DNA from: Styela clava
Taxonomy: Eukaryota
DNA length: 64,000 bases
NCBI RefSeq assembly: GCF_964204865.1
Contig: NC_135264.1
Coordinates: 13,144,001-13,208,000 of the forward strand
Direction of reading: 5' to 3'
This document shows, piece by piece, positions 1 to 13,150 of this stretch. Both the position numbers and the translations under genes were made by a program. The notes below the pieces were generated by a model that did no database searches, was not told where the DNA came from, and saw only the letters and a program-made list of their open reading frames with translations. Within the stretch, counting starts at the first letter, position 1, and each line of letters opens with the position of its first letter.

Positions 1-231
1 TTTCACTTCTACCATTGCTGACTGCAGTTTGCATGGAGTTCTATATTACATGAAACTGCACCCTGACAGATTATATAAGGACCATTTCGGCCATAGAATT
101 TAGTAGGGCGTCATTTACTTTTTAAACTTATCCTGTTTGCAGTATTAACTGTAAATGACTTTCATACAGTGTGACAAATCTTTTTATTTATGGAGTAGCT
201 TTTACTGAATGAAACAACTCATTTTATTCAG

Positions 232-3200
232 GAATCATTTTTTGGGCTGTCATGGACCGAATAACCTTCATCGATGCTGGCACAAAAAAGGTTTTGCTTG
301 GTACTTATGTGCGAAGAGACAAAGAGGTTTTACCTGTTGGCGAAGCACTTCTCGATGATCCCAACCTGGATATGACTCAACTTCTCGTTGATACAGGAGT
401 CGCAAGCTGTTCCGATCAAAGATCGAAAAGATCAGAGTCTCGAACTTGCGTTTCTGGGAATAAGAAGAAATTAAGGTACTGGGTTTTACGAACTTCAACT
501 AAGGCGCACTCGACACTTCAAATCCTTTTTTTCTTCTCAGTGATGCCTAATAAACTGATTGGTGATGCGCCTAATGTATCGATTACATAGTACTTATTTT
601 TATTGCCTACACTTAAAATCAGGACCGTTACTATTGTTTTATAAATCGCTGTTATTAATATTCTTGGATTTCAGGGATTTGATTGTTCAAATGGTGCACC
701 CCAATCCAGAGTTTCGACCCAGCTCTCAAGAACTTCTTGGAAAACTTGGTTCTATTTTGCAAACTGGAAGCAGGTATTTGTGAGTTTTTTTTGTTCTCTC
801 TCAATGGATAATAATTTCATTATAAGTTCAGTGATCCAGTGTGTCACGTATAAGATATTTTTTTTTTGAGTTTGTTACTCGCTTAATATAGCTAATTGTT
901 ACTATAAGGAATTGTTTTCATGCATAATTTTTATAAGCAGATTTATAAATAATACTATGTTTGCTGTAGCCATAATGTTTTTTACCTTCATATTACTATA
1001 TATATAACTCAATTGCAGATTTTCAATTACCTATCAGATACAACTGGAAATTAAATGCTATTAATTTTCTTTTCAGGCCAAGCAAAATGAATCTGAATGT
1101 TAAGAAGCCTGTTGAGGTTAAACCCGAGCTCAATCGTGAAGTTGGAATCTCTGTGGAAGATAATTTACCTGATCAGAAGCAAGAGGAAAAAGTAGCTTTG
1201 GAAAAAAATCCTCCTGTAGAAGACCAGCCCAAAGTTGAAACCAAAAATGATGAAATCATGAAAAAGCAGAAATCAAAGAAAACTGCCCGACAAAAATCAG
1301 TGGCAGAAGTTCAAGATGAAAATATTGAAAATGGATCACAATGCGGTAGAAGATTACGACAACGGAAAAATTCCTGTGCAAACAACAAAAGTAATACTTC
1401 TGCTTTAAAACAAGAGGAAACTGAAAATTCAACTTCAAAGAAAATCTCAGATACTGTTACAAAAGCGAAACGAAAAGTACTCTCCGCCGTGAAAAAGTCC
1501 GAAAATAATTGTAAAGGAAGAAAAAAGCCGCCAGTGAAACAGAAGAGTATTGTCCAAGATGTTATTGAAAATTCAAAAGATGAAAATTCTGATAAAAGTT
1601 CTTCCGAAAGTGAAGACCTAAAAAGTTCAAAGGCTGAAAATCATATAATCACACGATCAGAGCTCAAAAGTGTCATTACACACACTTCAGACGCCATGAA
1701 TAATAGTCTAGAGCAGGACGCAGTCCATAACGTGAGGAGGAAAAGCTCTGATAAAGAAGTCCAAATCAGCAACGGTACAAGTTCCGAGAATGAACTTGAA
1801 GCTAACGAAAATAAAACCAGGTTGAAATTACGTGATTATGTCAGTAGTCCGACAAAAATATCAAGCCATGATTTTCCTGATATCCATGGTGAACAAAATT
1901 CAGCTAGAAATGATTTGTCTTCGTCGACAGAAAACTTGGAATTTGACGAAGGATTAGGCATAGATGCAAATAGCAATGACAGTATAACTCCATCCGAAGT
2001 TCCAGAATTTGATTCTGGCTATAAATCGAAGAAAAAATCCCGTCGCGTCTCTCACCCTACTGAAGTAGAGACAACAAATTTTTCAGATTCCTCCAAAGTA
2101 GATTATGTAATTCATGCTTCTGAAGACAAAAAACAACAACTGTCCATCAATGACGATTCAACAGTCAAATCAGGAGAAATAATTGAAAATACGACTGACC
2201 AGCCAATTTCATCTGCTAATGACGAAGATTCATATGAAATCCTTGGAATGAGTCCTTTTCGCAGGCGACATATTGGTTTAAAGGCACAGATTTGCAAGTC
2301 TAAACACTCTGAGGACGATACAAAACAAAGTTATGATTATGCAGTACCTAGTGTTCCGGAATCACCAACAGAGAAAGCTATGGATCTAACAACAAACAGC
2401 GAACCTATTTTCGAAAATCCAAAACCGAAAATTGAAGTGCCAAGAACGCCCTGCGTTGTTGTACAAAGTCGAGTGGGATTCCGACATAATCCTTTTCACA
2501 CTGCAGTTAAAAAACGATGGAAATATGTAGTTTTAGATGATGCACCTAATGAACCAATGCAGCAGCCCAAGGCAGCAGCAACACAAAACAAAAATCCATC
2601 GTGTTATCCTGACATGTCAACTCAAAATAGTAATACAATAGCAAAATCGAATGAGATCACAAGCAATAATAGTGTAATTCATGCAGTGCCGATTACTAAT
2701 CAAGAATCAAAGATGATGCCTGGTCCATCGAATAAAGAAACAAACATAACTGTGAAAGATCTTATTAACCAGAAGATTTTACAACAAATGGAAATGCCTG
2801 TTCGTAATTCTCATCAGAATAGTATTGATTCAAATGATGCAGTGGATGAAAATAGACATCATAGAAGAAAAGGTCAAGGCTTTATTGATGAGTCCGCTAT
2901 TCGTTCGTGTAAAAATATTTTAAATTCATCGGGACAATCTTTTTTCGATCAATTGCCGCCTGGTATTAATGCGGTCATGAAGAAAAGAGATGCTAGACTT
3001 TTTTCTCCTTATCTATTGCAATCACAACCTAATGAAATTACAGATAAACCTGATATGTATCGTAACAAAGAAACACATTTTGAACCCAAACATGGTTCTC
3101 TCTCGCTTCCAATTTCTCAAAATCTGTTAAAATCTGATCCATCGCTTGAGTCAACTCATGCTCTGCAGTATAAGAAGCAAAGGATGCCACCCTCCCAAAG

Positions 3201-5025
3201 GGAAATATTGATTGCCAAAGAAATTGAGACGAAGAGGAAACTACTTCGAAAAATTAAAAAAGAACATGAAATATCAGGCAATAGTAGTCAAGCGAGGCAA
3301 AATATTTCTAGTCAAGAATATCTTACAAGATCATTATTCAAAAACGACATGACCCGATCGACAAATGGTCAACAATATAAAACTTCAGCAAACTCAGTTG
3401 ATTCACCCTTGAAATTAAGTGATGATAGCGTGAGGGCAAAATCTAATATTGCTTCGATACCGAAAAAACGTCATGTACATTCGATGCATGATAATGTTCA
3501 ACGATACCCAACAAATACTGACAATCAAGGTAACTCTAAAGTGCATTTGCAGTCCAGATCTGATGCTTCTCAGCAACGTTTGCATCACAGGGATATCGTA
3601 GAAGAGCGGGCCTCATATAATGCTAATGTAATAAAGCCCAAGTCCAGTACATCAACAACACCAAGCATGTCACAGCAGAATACTTTTTTGCAACCGACTT
3701 TATCTCCACAGCAAGTTGATCACCAATTTTCAGGATTACAGCACTTAGCTAATTTCTGGATGAACAAAAGATCCACAGCTATTGAGACAATGCTAAGACA
3801 AACTTCTAGGTCTACAGACCCATCTCAGCTAGTGCAAACATCGAAGCACAAGACATCAAAATTGCAACATCCACAACAACAATATCCTGATTTCTTGCTT
3901 TCCAGTCACAGAGCTGCACAATCTAGAAATTCAGAATTTTCTCCTTTCAAACCTAAGGGAGATAATAGTACGTCGTTGACAATTCCAACAATTGACTTAA
4001 CTAAGGATGATGATGAGTTATCAACTGAGCAGAAAAGTATTTCAAGAAGACGACCTGCTCCTTTCTTACCATCAGATTTACCTCCTGCAAGGAAGTCTAG
4101 GAAACTTGATCCTGGCTCAACTCAGTCCAGTGCCAGCAGAACTGTTTGGTCAGGTCATATGTCAAATGGAGATAATCTCCATAGAAAGCATGAAAGCTTG
4201 CAAAACCCTAATGTGAATGTGATTAACTCTTTAATGGCGAGGGGTCAATCTGGACAGTATGCTATTCCCAGTCAAATGCACCAGCAGTCGCATACTTACC
4301 ATGGTTTTAAAACTAGAGATCACCTTTCACAAATGAGTGAATTTAGGAATTCTCTGGGGCATGATATGTCTCCTATAAGCAGTCATCAACATCGGATATT
4401 GACCACACCCCCCAGTTCCCATCATAATGTGTCTCCTAAATTTAGAGATTCACTGAGTGCAGATCGTTTACTATTAAGCAGCACGGGTTCACCTAGTTTG
4501 CATAGCCCATATCAACACACTTCATCATATCAAAGTTATCTCGAACACCAATCGTCAGCAATACTATCTCATCATCTGAATATTAGCACGAGTTCAGAAA
4601 TGTATTGTAACTCATCTTCCCCTCTGCAAAGGAATCTTCCTACAATGCCTATTCTTACCTATTGCGGATCACCACCGGCCACCACCAGTAGAAGACTTTC
4701 AAATCAGCAGCAACATATGCCACATCTCATTCGCATGACACCACCTGAACACACATTGCGTCAATCTCATTCTGGAATGAGCAGTGAATTATACCGTCGC
4801 GAGCAAGCAATGCTTCAGTTCCAACAGCATCAAAATGCTGCTCTCATGTCACCACCAAAACTACAAAGAGCGATTACTTCACCGACGATAAGTCCCGAAC
4901 AGTATTCTATGAACATGCCACACAGTGGAATTGCCTCAAATGTTTCAAGTTCAGAACAATGTGGGGTGTTACCAGGTTACCCCTATCAAACAAGGCTTCA
5001 AAAACCGACCCTAAAAATGCCTTGA
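232..5025 (+). CDS. STK35: STK35/PDIK1L-like Ser/Thr kinase, 3' portion (5' exons lie upstream of the window); exons 232-475, 675-773, 1077-5025
   Basis: Exon 232-475 reads GIIFWAVMDRITFIDAGTKKVLLGTYVRRDKEVLPVGEALLDDPNLD, which matches the STK35/PDIK1L signature GIIIWAMIERITFID..KKELLGTY....VPVGEALLENP. Exon 675-773 gives kinase subdomain XI (LIVQMVHPNPEFRPSSQEL). Two phase-2 GT-AG introns join these in frame to the 1312-aa ORF. The gene is probably co-orthologous to STK35 and PDIK1L. Confidence 0.85.
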
Positions 5026-6096
5026 AGTAATTTTGCTCTATTTTTCAATGAAAGCACGAATGAAGTTCATTTTCTCGCCTAACTCTAAACATGAAATCTT
5101 AGAAATTGGAAATGTCCTATATATCCGCTTAAGTTGAAACGGACACTGTGATTTTCGAACTAGACAATATAGTCAAATACCGTTGTAGGAAATTATTGTT
5201 ATTTTGAATATGTTTCACTATTTGTTTTTGTAATATCGATCCTGGCATAGCCAATGTGATTTTGCAAGTGCTGATGCTGCTTGTTTTTTCATTGTTATTG
5301 GTGCTGCTGCTTTACTGCATATTCAGCCTTTTGTGACTTATAAAAAATCGTTTTACCGTGATTATTTATATTTTTCTTGTTTTCCTGTCGTCTTGACATT
5401 GTTCGTCATTTTGAAATGAAATATTCGGTGAATTTTTTCCTGATAAACAATTATATTATCTTGTCCCATAAATATGTCTTTTGGTTGGGCTGTACTAAGC
5501 ATTAATTAAGAAAATGACCTGTCATGCGCAGCTTCGTATACTGGGGTAGGTGAATATTAATAAGCTGAGAAACGTCATATTCGGTAAGAAATTTGGTCTG
5601 TCTGACTTTGGTGGGAAAAAATTTTTGAGGGGAAAGATTTTTATAGTCAAACGAAGCTGCCATGCGATGTTTGTGCATCACTGTCAAAAACTGATTCAAC
5701 GTGAACCCGGGATAAATATGTAAATACCACTGTGAAGTGACTCTCACGGTGACCTTTGTGTGCAACCAAGCGAAAAGTTCAAATATCATATCAGAATCGG
5801 AGGCGGGACTAAATTTCCATACGCAATTAGGAAGCGAATGAATATGAAAATACAAAAATAAAGTTATATACGTTATTTCTGTAAATTGGAACAATAAGTG
5901 CGTGCCAGAAAAATGTAAAGTGCGAATCATCAAACAACAGCTTATAAATATGAGTTTTAAACAAAAAAAATGCAGCACGAGTAATTACTTTAAAAGTAAA
6001 TATCGTAAAACATACACTTTTCAAACATTACTCACATGTCTTTCCGCCCAAGAGGGGCGAGATTTTATTGATTGATATAAAAAAGATTCATACACT

Positions 6097-6610
6097 CTAC
6101 TCTACACAATACAATTTAAGTCGATGGGTACAAAATTTTAAAATTATGAGCACAAATGAGAGATTTAACGCAACACTGCACAGGATTAGAAGAAGGCATG
6201 TGAGTCACTTCACAGTGGTTATGTAAATCCTATCCTCACTTCAAGACAGCGTTACGGTTGAGTTGACTCCGGTGTCCCCTCGAGGACGAATCATTGAGGG
6301 GACGAAAGCGCACTTCAGTGTATTCGAGGCATGGCCCAAGCGTGCATATTGATTTTAGGTATTCATTGGAATATAGCATCGGTGATGAATTAGTTTCAAT
6401 TATTCGCAACATGAAATTATTTTTTTCAAACAATTTACGATTAAATCTTTTCGCGCTTCTGTCCAAGGGGCCCTCGCGGCACCAGCCATGGTTGTCCCAA
6501 AACGTATATATGGGTTGTCCTACCTTACATACGCCACTGTGTGGGTTGGCATTTTTGCACCATGACTGAGTATAAATTGTGTCAGCGGTTCCCAACGAAT
6601 GCGCGATTTG
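6097..6610 (-). CDS. Putative small Cys-containing protein with a hydrophobic C-terminal tail (partial; exons ~6610-6240 and ~6175-6097)
   Basis: The 119-aa ORF ends at a GTGAGG donor. A 64-nt intron with a CTAAT branch point and TGCAG acceptor continues in frame to ...AVLNVALNLSFVLIILKFCTHRLKLYCVE*, followed by AATAAA. No start codon or homology was recognised. Confidence 0.3.
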
Positions 6611-6748
6611 CTATGTTTGCCCGAAAATTAACAGAATTGTGTTAAACGTAACGAATATAGGATTGACTATTTTACATATTGTATTTATAACAATGTGTAT
6701 ATGAATCAATAAATACATAACCTTTCCATGTCGTTTACTTTATGTTAC

Positions 6749-6793
6749 GTAGTGTCAGCCTCTATTGTACGTAACAATAGAGGTAGACACTAC
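6749..6793. repeat. Short near-perfect inverted repeat (hairpin)
   Basis: gtagtgtc-ag-cctctattgt [acgta] acaatagagg-ta-gacactac. Confidence 0.8.
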
Positions 6794-9761
6794 TTGCCGC
6801 AATTTAGTTATCTGCAGTTTTTTTTTTCTAAACCGAGCTTAGCGAACATGAGTGTTTTCTTTAGTAGTTCTCTAGTTTTAGTACGAAAATCGAAATAAAC
6901 TTAGCTTATACCATACCTATAAAACCAGGCAGCGATGAAAATAAGAGTTGACCCTTTTGCATTTATTCCTTATAACTTACATGTTTACAAACTTTAATAG
7001 GCCACAAAGTACATATTAACGATAACAAAATTGAGTTTTATTCAAATACAGCTTCAAAGATTTATTTTGTGTAAGTCCGCCGTGATTTTTTCCCGTGACG
7101 AGGCCTTATTTCTTATTAGATGAAAAGACCGCACGCTGATCGATCGTTCAGTAATCGATGTCTACCACCTAACCGACGCGCGCTTCGTTTATGTCTTCAT
7201 ATAGTGTTTCTAGTACATCGAGCAAGCGTTTTGTGCGGTACCTGTAGTGTCCTGCGTTGATTTTATTGCTACCAGTAGGCTACTGGTATCTTTTTGTTTT
7301 ATAATTCTCGAAGTCATCAGAAGCGGAGATGTGACAAGTACAGTACTGTGGCTGATGTGTCAGTGTGTTGATGACCAAGCGGAATCATATATAATTGTTG
7401 ACGTAATAAGTTACGACATTGTTTCAACAGATTGCCAAAATGGCATGGAGAGTGTGGGAATGGAACCATGCTCAGATCAGATGCCAGCAAACACTGAAAG
7501 GTACAAGTCTATTGTGATACCAATAAGAATTTGATTTAAGATTTAAATTAAGGCAGTCAAGGTTTCAGGTTTAGACTAAGCTATACTAGATTACTTTTAT
7601 TTGTGCATATTCTGATATTGCTGTATTGGCTGAAAAATGCACAAATCTACAGAACCTGATGAAACTATACAAAATTTGTCATAATTCAGTATTTGTCATA
7701 CAGTCATATCTGCTATTTGATGATTAGTAATCTATCAAAAGCTTGCCTTTTTATACATGTATAGACACAAACAGTTTGATTGGATTCATAATTTGACATG
7801 AATACTGGAATATGGTACTGAAAAATCAAAATAATGAGGGAAAGTCTCTTTACACTTCTTGTCTTTGTAACCACAGGACAGAACCACAAGATTCATCTGG
7901 ACATAGACATTTGTTTATGCTGGTTGGCAATCATAACTATAAACATGAACTATACACTTATATCATGGAATAACTTAGGCTCAGTGCAGTGGAAGATTGA
8001 CATAAAAAGCGTTGAAAGTATAGTGGAATGAAAGTAGTCTTGATTTAGTAGTTTATTTTAGTTTTTTCCGATCTCTGACTGTGTGATGAGTTGTTTTAAA
8101 TTTGAAAACCAACATGAATTTTCGATGTATAATATTCTGTCTCATTTGATACAAGCTACCAGATTTTACCATTTTGTGTGCTAAAGACAAAAGAACAAAG
8201 AATCTCCATTGTACATTTATGACTCTAATAATAACTTGAAAATTTGATAATATTAGCCAACCAGATAATACTGTAACATTTGTTTGAATGAATGGTTACT
8301 ACTGATGCTAAATTCGTGGAATATACGATGGTGATTGGAATTATATTGGATGGTGACAATTAATGTAATGTGATGAATATTGTTTCAACACAAAATAAAA
8401 AAAAGAATCTCATAATTTCTAGTAGTTTTGAACATTTTGCTTTGTATTTGAATATTTGACGTCACCTTCATCACACCACAGCTGTTTTCATAACTGTCAA
8501 TGGAAAATATAGAGTTACATCAACTTGTTGAATGTAAAATATGCTAAAATGAACTGTGCAATGCAAAAAAATCCCACTTTTCAGCAAAGGGCTAAACTGC
8601 TTTTTATACTGTTATAAGAATTCTTGCCAGACATGCATGATGTTACTGCCAAAATGATCAGTCATAGTCAGGTTTATTTTTCCAGCAAAATGTTCAGGAT
8701 ATAAAAAACTGGACACACAGTTATACTGGGGAAAAGAAGCTGGGGGAACTAAAGCTGGTTATGAAGCAACTAAGGTTCTTCTAATATCTAACAGAATGCT
8801 GATTAGAAACTGACTGAAGTGATCAGCGCTCTCCCTTGCTTCCTGATGATTTTAAAAAAGTAAATTTTTCGGAGCCTGGAGATCCTAATCTATTAACCGT
8901 ACTTCATGCCCAAGTTTAGAAATATTATCTCTTATAATTCTTTGCCGGAATTAACTTGTATATTGCAGAAGTTTTTCTCAAAGTATTTGAAAGCTAAGAT
9001 TATTAGACGCAGAATTATACTTACCGGTATTTCTTATTGGTTATGTTTAGTAATAACCTGTTTTTTGCAAACCTGTCAAAACGGATGTATTGATGGTATT
9101 TTTCTGTAAGAAAAAAATAACGTCTTTTGACATGAAATAATCCTCAATTGTCTTTTCCACTGTAACTTATGTTTGGAATCAAGAATTATATTGACTGGAT
9201 GGTTGAAAATAACTAGATATTTCATGTTGTGAGAAGAAGCTGTTGTACAGGTTATGGTAAAAAAGCTGTTGTTGTTTTGTCTCTGTTGATGGGAGTTGTA
9301 CTGGGCAAATAACCATCCACAGATCTAGTTGTCGACGATGTATTACAGTACTGTTTTGTATATTTTGGGCCACCACAATTGTATTGTTTTGCTGTAGATT
9401 ATGCCTTGGGCTGGTTCGTTACAAGAAAAAGTATGAAATTTGGTTCATTTTAAATAGGGATTTGATTCTGCGAGCAAGAAGTTCCACTTTGTGAAATTAG
9501 TTAACAATTTGTTATATGAGATGAAGCCTGAAATGTTCTCTTCGGTGAGTGAATGGGACTTTGGTAAAATCAAATAAGTCAAATTTGTACCATGATAGGT
9601 ATTTTGTTAATTATCTAAAAACTGACCGAATTGCTACATCGTTGTACTTTCAATATGTAGTACAAGTTGTTATCATAGATTTATTTTTATTCAAACAACT
9701 ACAGTTTGAAATAAGCTGACATAGATTCATACTAGTAGTAGTTACAGTGTATCCAAGGACC

Positions 9762-11360
9762 ATGAGTCGGATTGGCAATCTCACTTCGAGAATATTTGTT
9801 GGGGGTATGGATCCAAGCGTCAGTGAAGTAGACTTGGAGAAAGCCTTCAAACTCTTTGGAGAAATTACCAATGTAATGGTGATGAGAGACAGAGAAAATG
9901 GTCGTTCACGAGGGTTTGCATTCATTTCATTTAAAGATGCTCAAGCATCGGATCAGGCGATAAGCAGAATGCATGGTGTAGAAATTAGAGGCCGATGTGT
10001 TTCTGTACGACATGCTGAGAAGGAAAAATTTGTTCGTGATGATAGACCAAAGCGAGGTGGTTTCAGGGGAGGGAGAATTTCAACTGGGAGTAGATCTGAA
10101 AATTTTCGTGATCAGCCTGCATATAGGGGGAATGGTCATCAGAGTGGCGCAGGTTATGGTATGTCACGTCCACCATCAGATATTGTCTATGTTGTAAGGG
10201 ATGACAAAGAATCGGGATATTCACGTAGGTCGAGAAGTCCATTAGGAGGTCCTAGATACAGGCCGGAAAGCCCACCAAGGCGTATGGGTGAAAGACGTGG
10301 TTATTCTCCACCACTTTATCAATCAAGACCTTTGTCTCCACCCCAGAGACCTGGATCAAGCACACTTGGTGAATCTGAATATTTTAATAAACCCATAAGA
10401 CGGGTAACACCATCACCACCAGATTACGGCTTTTCTAGGTTTAAAGAGAACCAAGAATTGTCTCCAGCCAGAGAACTGGGCGCATACATCCGGGCAAGAG
10501 ATCACTCACCTTCATTTGCTCGCCAAAGCCACAAATTGAGCCCCGAACCTGTGCATAGAAGGCGATCACCAAGTCCCGCAGTAAATAGACCATACAGCGA
10601 TAGAAACGTATCACAAAGAAGTCGTCAGCAATCTGATATCCAGAAATATAATGATGAAAGTTCTCTACGGTTTGATTCTAGAAATAATCAGACAAATCCT
10701 CCTGGATACAGAGATTCAGGTCAACAGGTGTCATCATCAGCCGAGCGATATAGAGATTCTAGCCGACATACTCTGTCTGCTGCAAGATATAACGATGATA
10801 ATAAGCATCAGCAGCCATCGTCCGGACGATTCAGAGATCCGGATACTCGAGATGAATATAGATTTCAACCTAATAGGCGAGATAATACGGAGAGGTACTC
10901 CCCATCTCGCAGCAGAGATGCAGGTTCTTCATCTTTAGGGGATAGACAAATTGTATCAGCTGGTATGTCAAGAGGTGGTAGAGAAACAGGGCGCTCAACC
11001 ATGGGGTATAGGGAAAGTACATCGCCACGTCAACACCCTAGAGATATGGAGACTGGATCAAGAGAATCTGAATCTTACAGACCACGAGGCTCAACTTCAG
11101 TCAGGGGTGGTTATAGAGGAGGTGGTTCAACATCAAGGGGCAATAATTATCGAGATCGTTCTCCTAGAAGAGATTCACGTAACATTAGACAGGAAGACAG
11201 AGATCGACAACAGCCACCTCGATATCGAAGTAATTATGAGGAAAAAAGAACATCCCCAATGTCTCGCAGGCCAACATCTAGCGATCGAGGTCCTCCAGGC
11301 AGGTCACCAAGAGGACGAAGCCCTCCAAGGAGAGGGTCACCTCCGCCAAGACGATATTAG
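9762..11360 (+). CDS. Single-RRM RNA-binding protein with a long RS/RG/SP-rich tail (RBMX/CIRBP-like); CDS in one exon
   Basis: RNP2 IFVGGM and RNP1 RGFAFISF sit in the context DRENGRSRGFAF. The tail has RGG boxes and RSRS/RSP repeats. An acceptor lies at 9746-9747 just before the ATG at 9762. Likely 5'UTR exons end at the donors at 7501 and 9545. Confidence 0.88.
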   Translation: MSRIGNLTSRIFVGGMDPSVSEVDLEKAFKLFGEITNVMVMRDRENGRSRGFAFISFKDAQASDQAISRMHGVEIRGRCVSVRHAEKEKFVRDDRPKRGGFRGGRISTGSRSENFRDQPAYRGNGHQSGAGYGMSRPPSDIVYVVRDDKESGYSRRSRSPLGGPRYRPESPPRRMGERRGYSPPLYQSRPLSPPQRPGSSTLGESEYFNKPIRRVTPSPPDYGFSRFKENQELSPARELGAYIRARDHSPSFARQSHKLSPEPVHRRRSPSPAVNRPYSDRNVSQRSRQQSDIQKYNDESSLRFDSRNNQTNPPGYRDSGQQVSSSAERYRDSSRHTLSAARYNDDNKHQQPSSGRFRDPDTRDEYRFQPNRRDNTERYSPSRSRDAGSSSLGDRQIVSAGMSRGGRETGRSTMGYRESTSPRQHPRDMETGSRESESYRPRGSTSVRGGYRGGGSTSRGNNYRDRSPRRDSRNIRQEDRDRQQPPRYRSNYEEKRTSPMSRRPTSSDRGPPGRSPRGRSPPRRGSPPPRRY

Positions 11361-11949
11361 TAACTTGAAGCATTTTGGAATTGTGCTGATGTAGGTTACT
11401 GGTTATTCGAGCAGTTTTTCATGTCTGGTTATGGAATCTTGTTGTCTTAGGCTATGTACAAATATACTGTTTTGTAACATAGTTTTCATATTAGATATTT
11501 CTGCAGTAAGGCCCATGTAGTTATGGTTATTCTGAAAATGCCATGGTTGTCTATATCTTATGTTAACTGAGATAAGGTGGCAGCGACTGATTCATTTTTT
11601 ATCATTTGAAAGTAAGACTAATATCTCAGCGAAGTGATGTTTGCCGAAATCTGGGTGGAAGAGGATTTCAGTGACCAAAAATGATATCTTTTATTTTATG
11701 TAATTTTTTATGCTTGCTTTACTAACCGGTAATTCCAACTCAAGTCTAGACAAATTGGTTAAAAACTATGTCCTCAAACACCTGCTTAATTAACTCATGT
11801 TTTTTTGTACAGTACTTCAATATATACACTGATAAATGAATCTGGGATTATGTAACAAAATTTCTGTTCTATTATATTCTGGCTAAATTCACTTCATACT
11901 TGAAATGATGGAAAACGTAAGGTTGAACGCTTAACCTTTTTTGTAAACA

Positions 11950-12080
11950 AGTACATGCATCTTGAACTCATACATGGACTGGTAACCGAACGAGAGACCG
12001 TGGTTTGCAATATGATTAAGCCATCCTATCAACTTTTTCTCCCCCGGCATAAATATATATGTACATCCGATCCTATCCTC
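11950..12080 (+). mobile_element. SINE-like repeat, 3' fragment
   Basis: ggactggtaaccgaacgagagaccgtggtt...atatgattaagc recurs at 39480-39570 (+), 29030-29165 (-) and 32715-32830 (-). Ends in (a)tcct-type repeats. Confidence 0.65.
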
Positions 12081-12406
12081 CAGTTTCTATGGCTTGATTT
12101 ATCATATTCTTATCAATTGAAAAAACGTAACTGCACCAATTAGTGAACTGTTTTTCATTTAAGTTTCTCGTTATGTATCCGCTGTTTTATTAACTGAAAA
12201 CTATTTTATCACTCGATTCGTAAGCTTGTTTGTGTGATATTCTTTTCAGTTGATTTGAAAGCTCAGTAATAACACAAAGAGATATGTTAAATTGGGAAAC
12301 TTTTGGAGACTTCAGTTTCTCCAATGTCCAAGTCTCGTGAGAGTAATGGATTTACTCTAATATTTGCGAATATTGAGCTTCAGCCGTGCAATTGGATAGC
12401 GTAGAT

Positions 12407-12864
12407 CAGGGTTTCCCAAGCTGGGGTCTGGGGATATGTGATGACTTCACGGAGGGTTCGCAATAATGTGAATGATCGATTTCAATCAAAAAACCATTGC
12501 ATCTTTTTGGTTGTTCGTGGCGGACGAATATCCATTGCTGTCAGAAAAGGCAGTTAGAATTTTATTGCCTTTTGAAACGACCTGCATGTGTGTGAGGCAG
12601 CATTTTCAGCTCTTACCTACCATTACGATGACAAAATGTAGTTCGAGACGTGCGGACCTACAAGTTTGCTTGTCACGAATTGATTGATAAATTGTGCAGT
12701 GAAAAGCAACCTCACCCATCAGGTTAATGTTGTTTGTGTTGTAAATGAAACATTATCCTTCCTCGTTGGTGAGGCACAGGAATTGATACGGCATAGGATG
12801 GGGGTCCGTCAAAAATAAAATTCACAAACAGGGGTCCGCGACCCAAAAAGTTTGGGAAACCCTG
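12407..12864 (+). mobile_element. Non-autonomous hAT (Buster/Charlie-type) element with a transposase C-terminal remnant
   Basis: TIR cagggtttcccaa / ttgggaaaccctg; 8-bp TSD gcgtagat. The internal peptide FWLFVADEYPLLSEKAVRILLPFETTCMC resembles the hAT dimerisation domain. Confidence 0.9.
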
Positions 12865-13150
12865 GCGTAGATTATAATAACTTGGGTAGGAAATTACATT
12901 TGAAGAAGCAAGTTTTAAAAAATCATGTGAAGTAGGTATATAACACTAGTTGTCGTCAGCTGTAACAAAAAATTTGGAACCCCTATTTTCTTTAATAAGA
13001 AATGAAATTGTGTTATAAATGTAGAAAAAGTATTTGCTGCGTACTGAGACATTTGGTAGGGTTTGGTTCCTGTGATAAATTCCACGTAAAACGCTTGGTT
13101 TCTTCAGAATCTGGAGTGAGCAGTCTAATGCTACGTGATTGATTGTAGAT

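Noticed and set aside
5502-5978. 158-aa minus-strand ORF
   Set aside because: Non-ATG start, no recognisable homology, and not phase-compatible with the neighbouring putative exons.
7501-9400. Intronic C/D snoRNAs in the RRM gene (several TGATGA motifs)
   Set aside because: No convincing paired D box, terminal stem or rRNA guide seen; TGATGA is frequent in AT-rich DNA.
9997-11394. Alternative-frame ORFs overlapping the RRM gene
   Set aside because: By-products of repetitive Arg/Ser/Asp codon usage.
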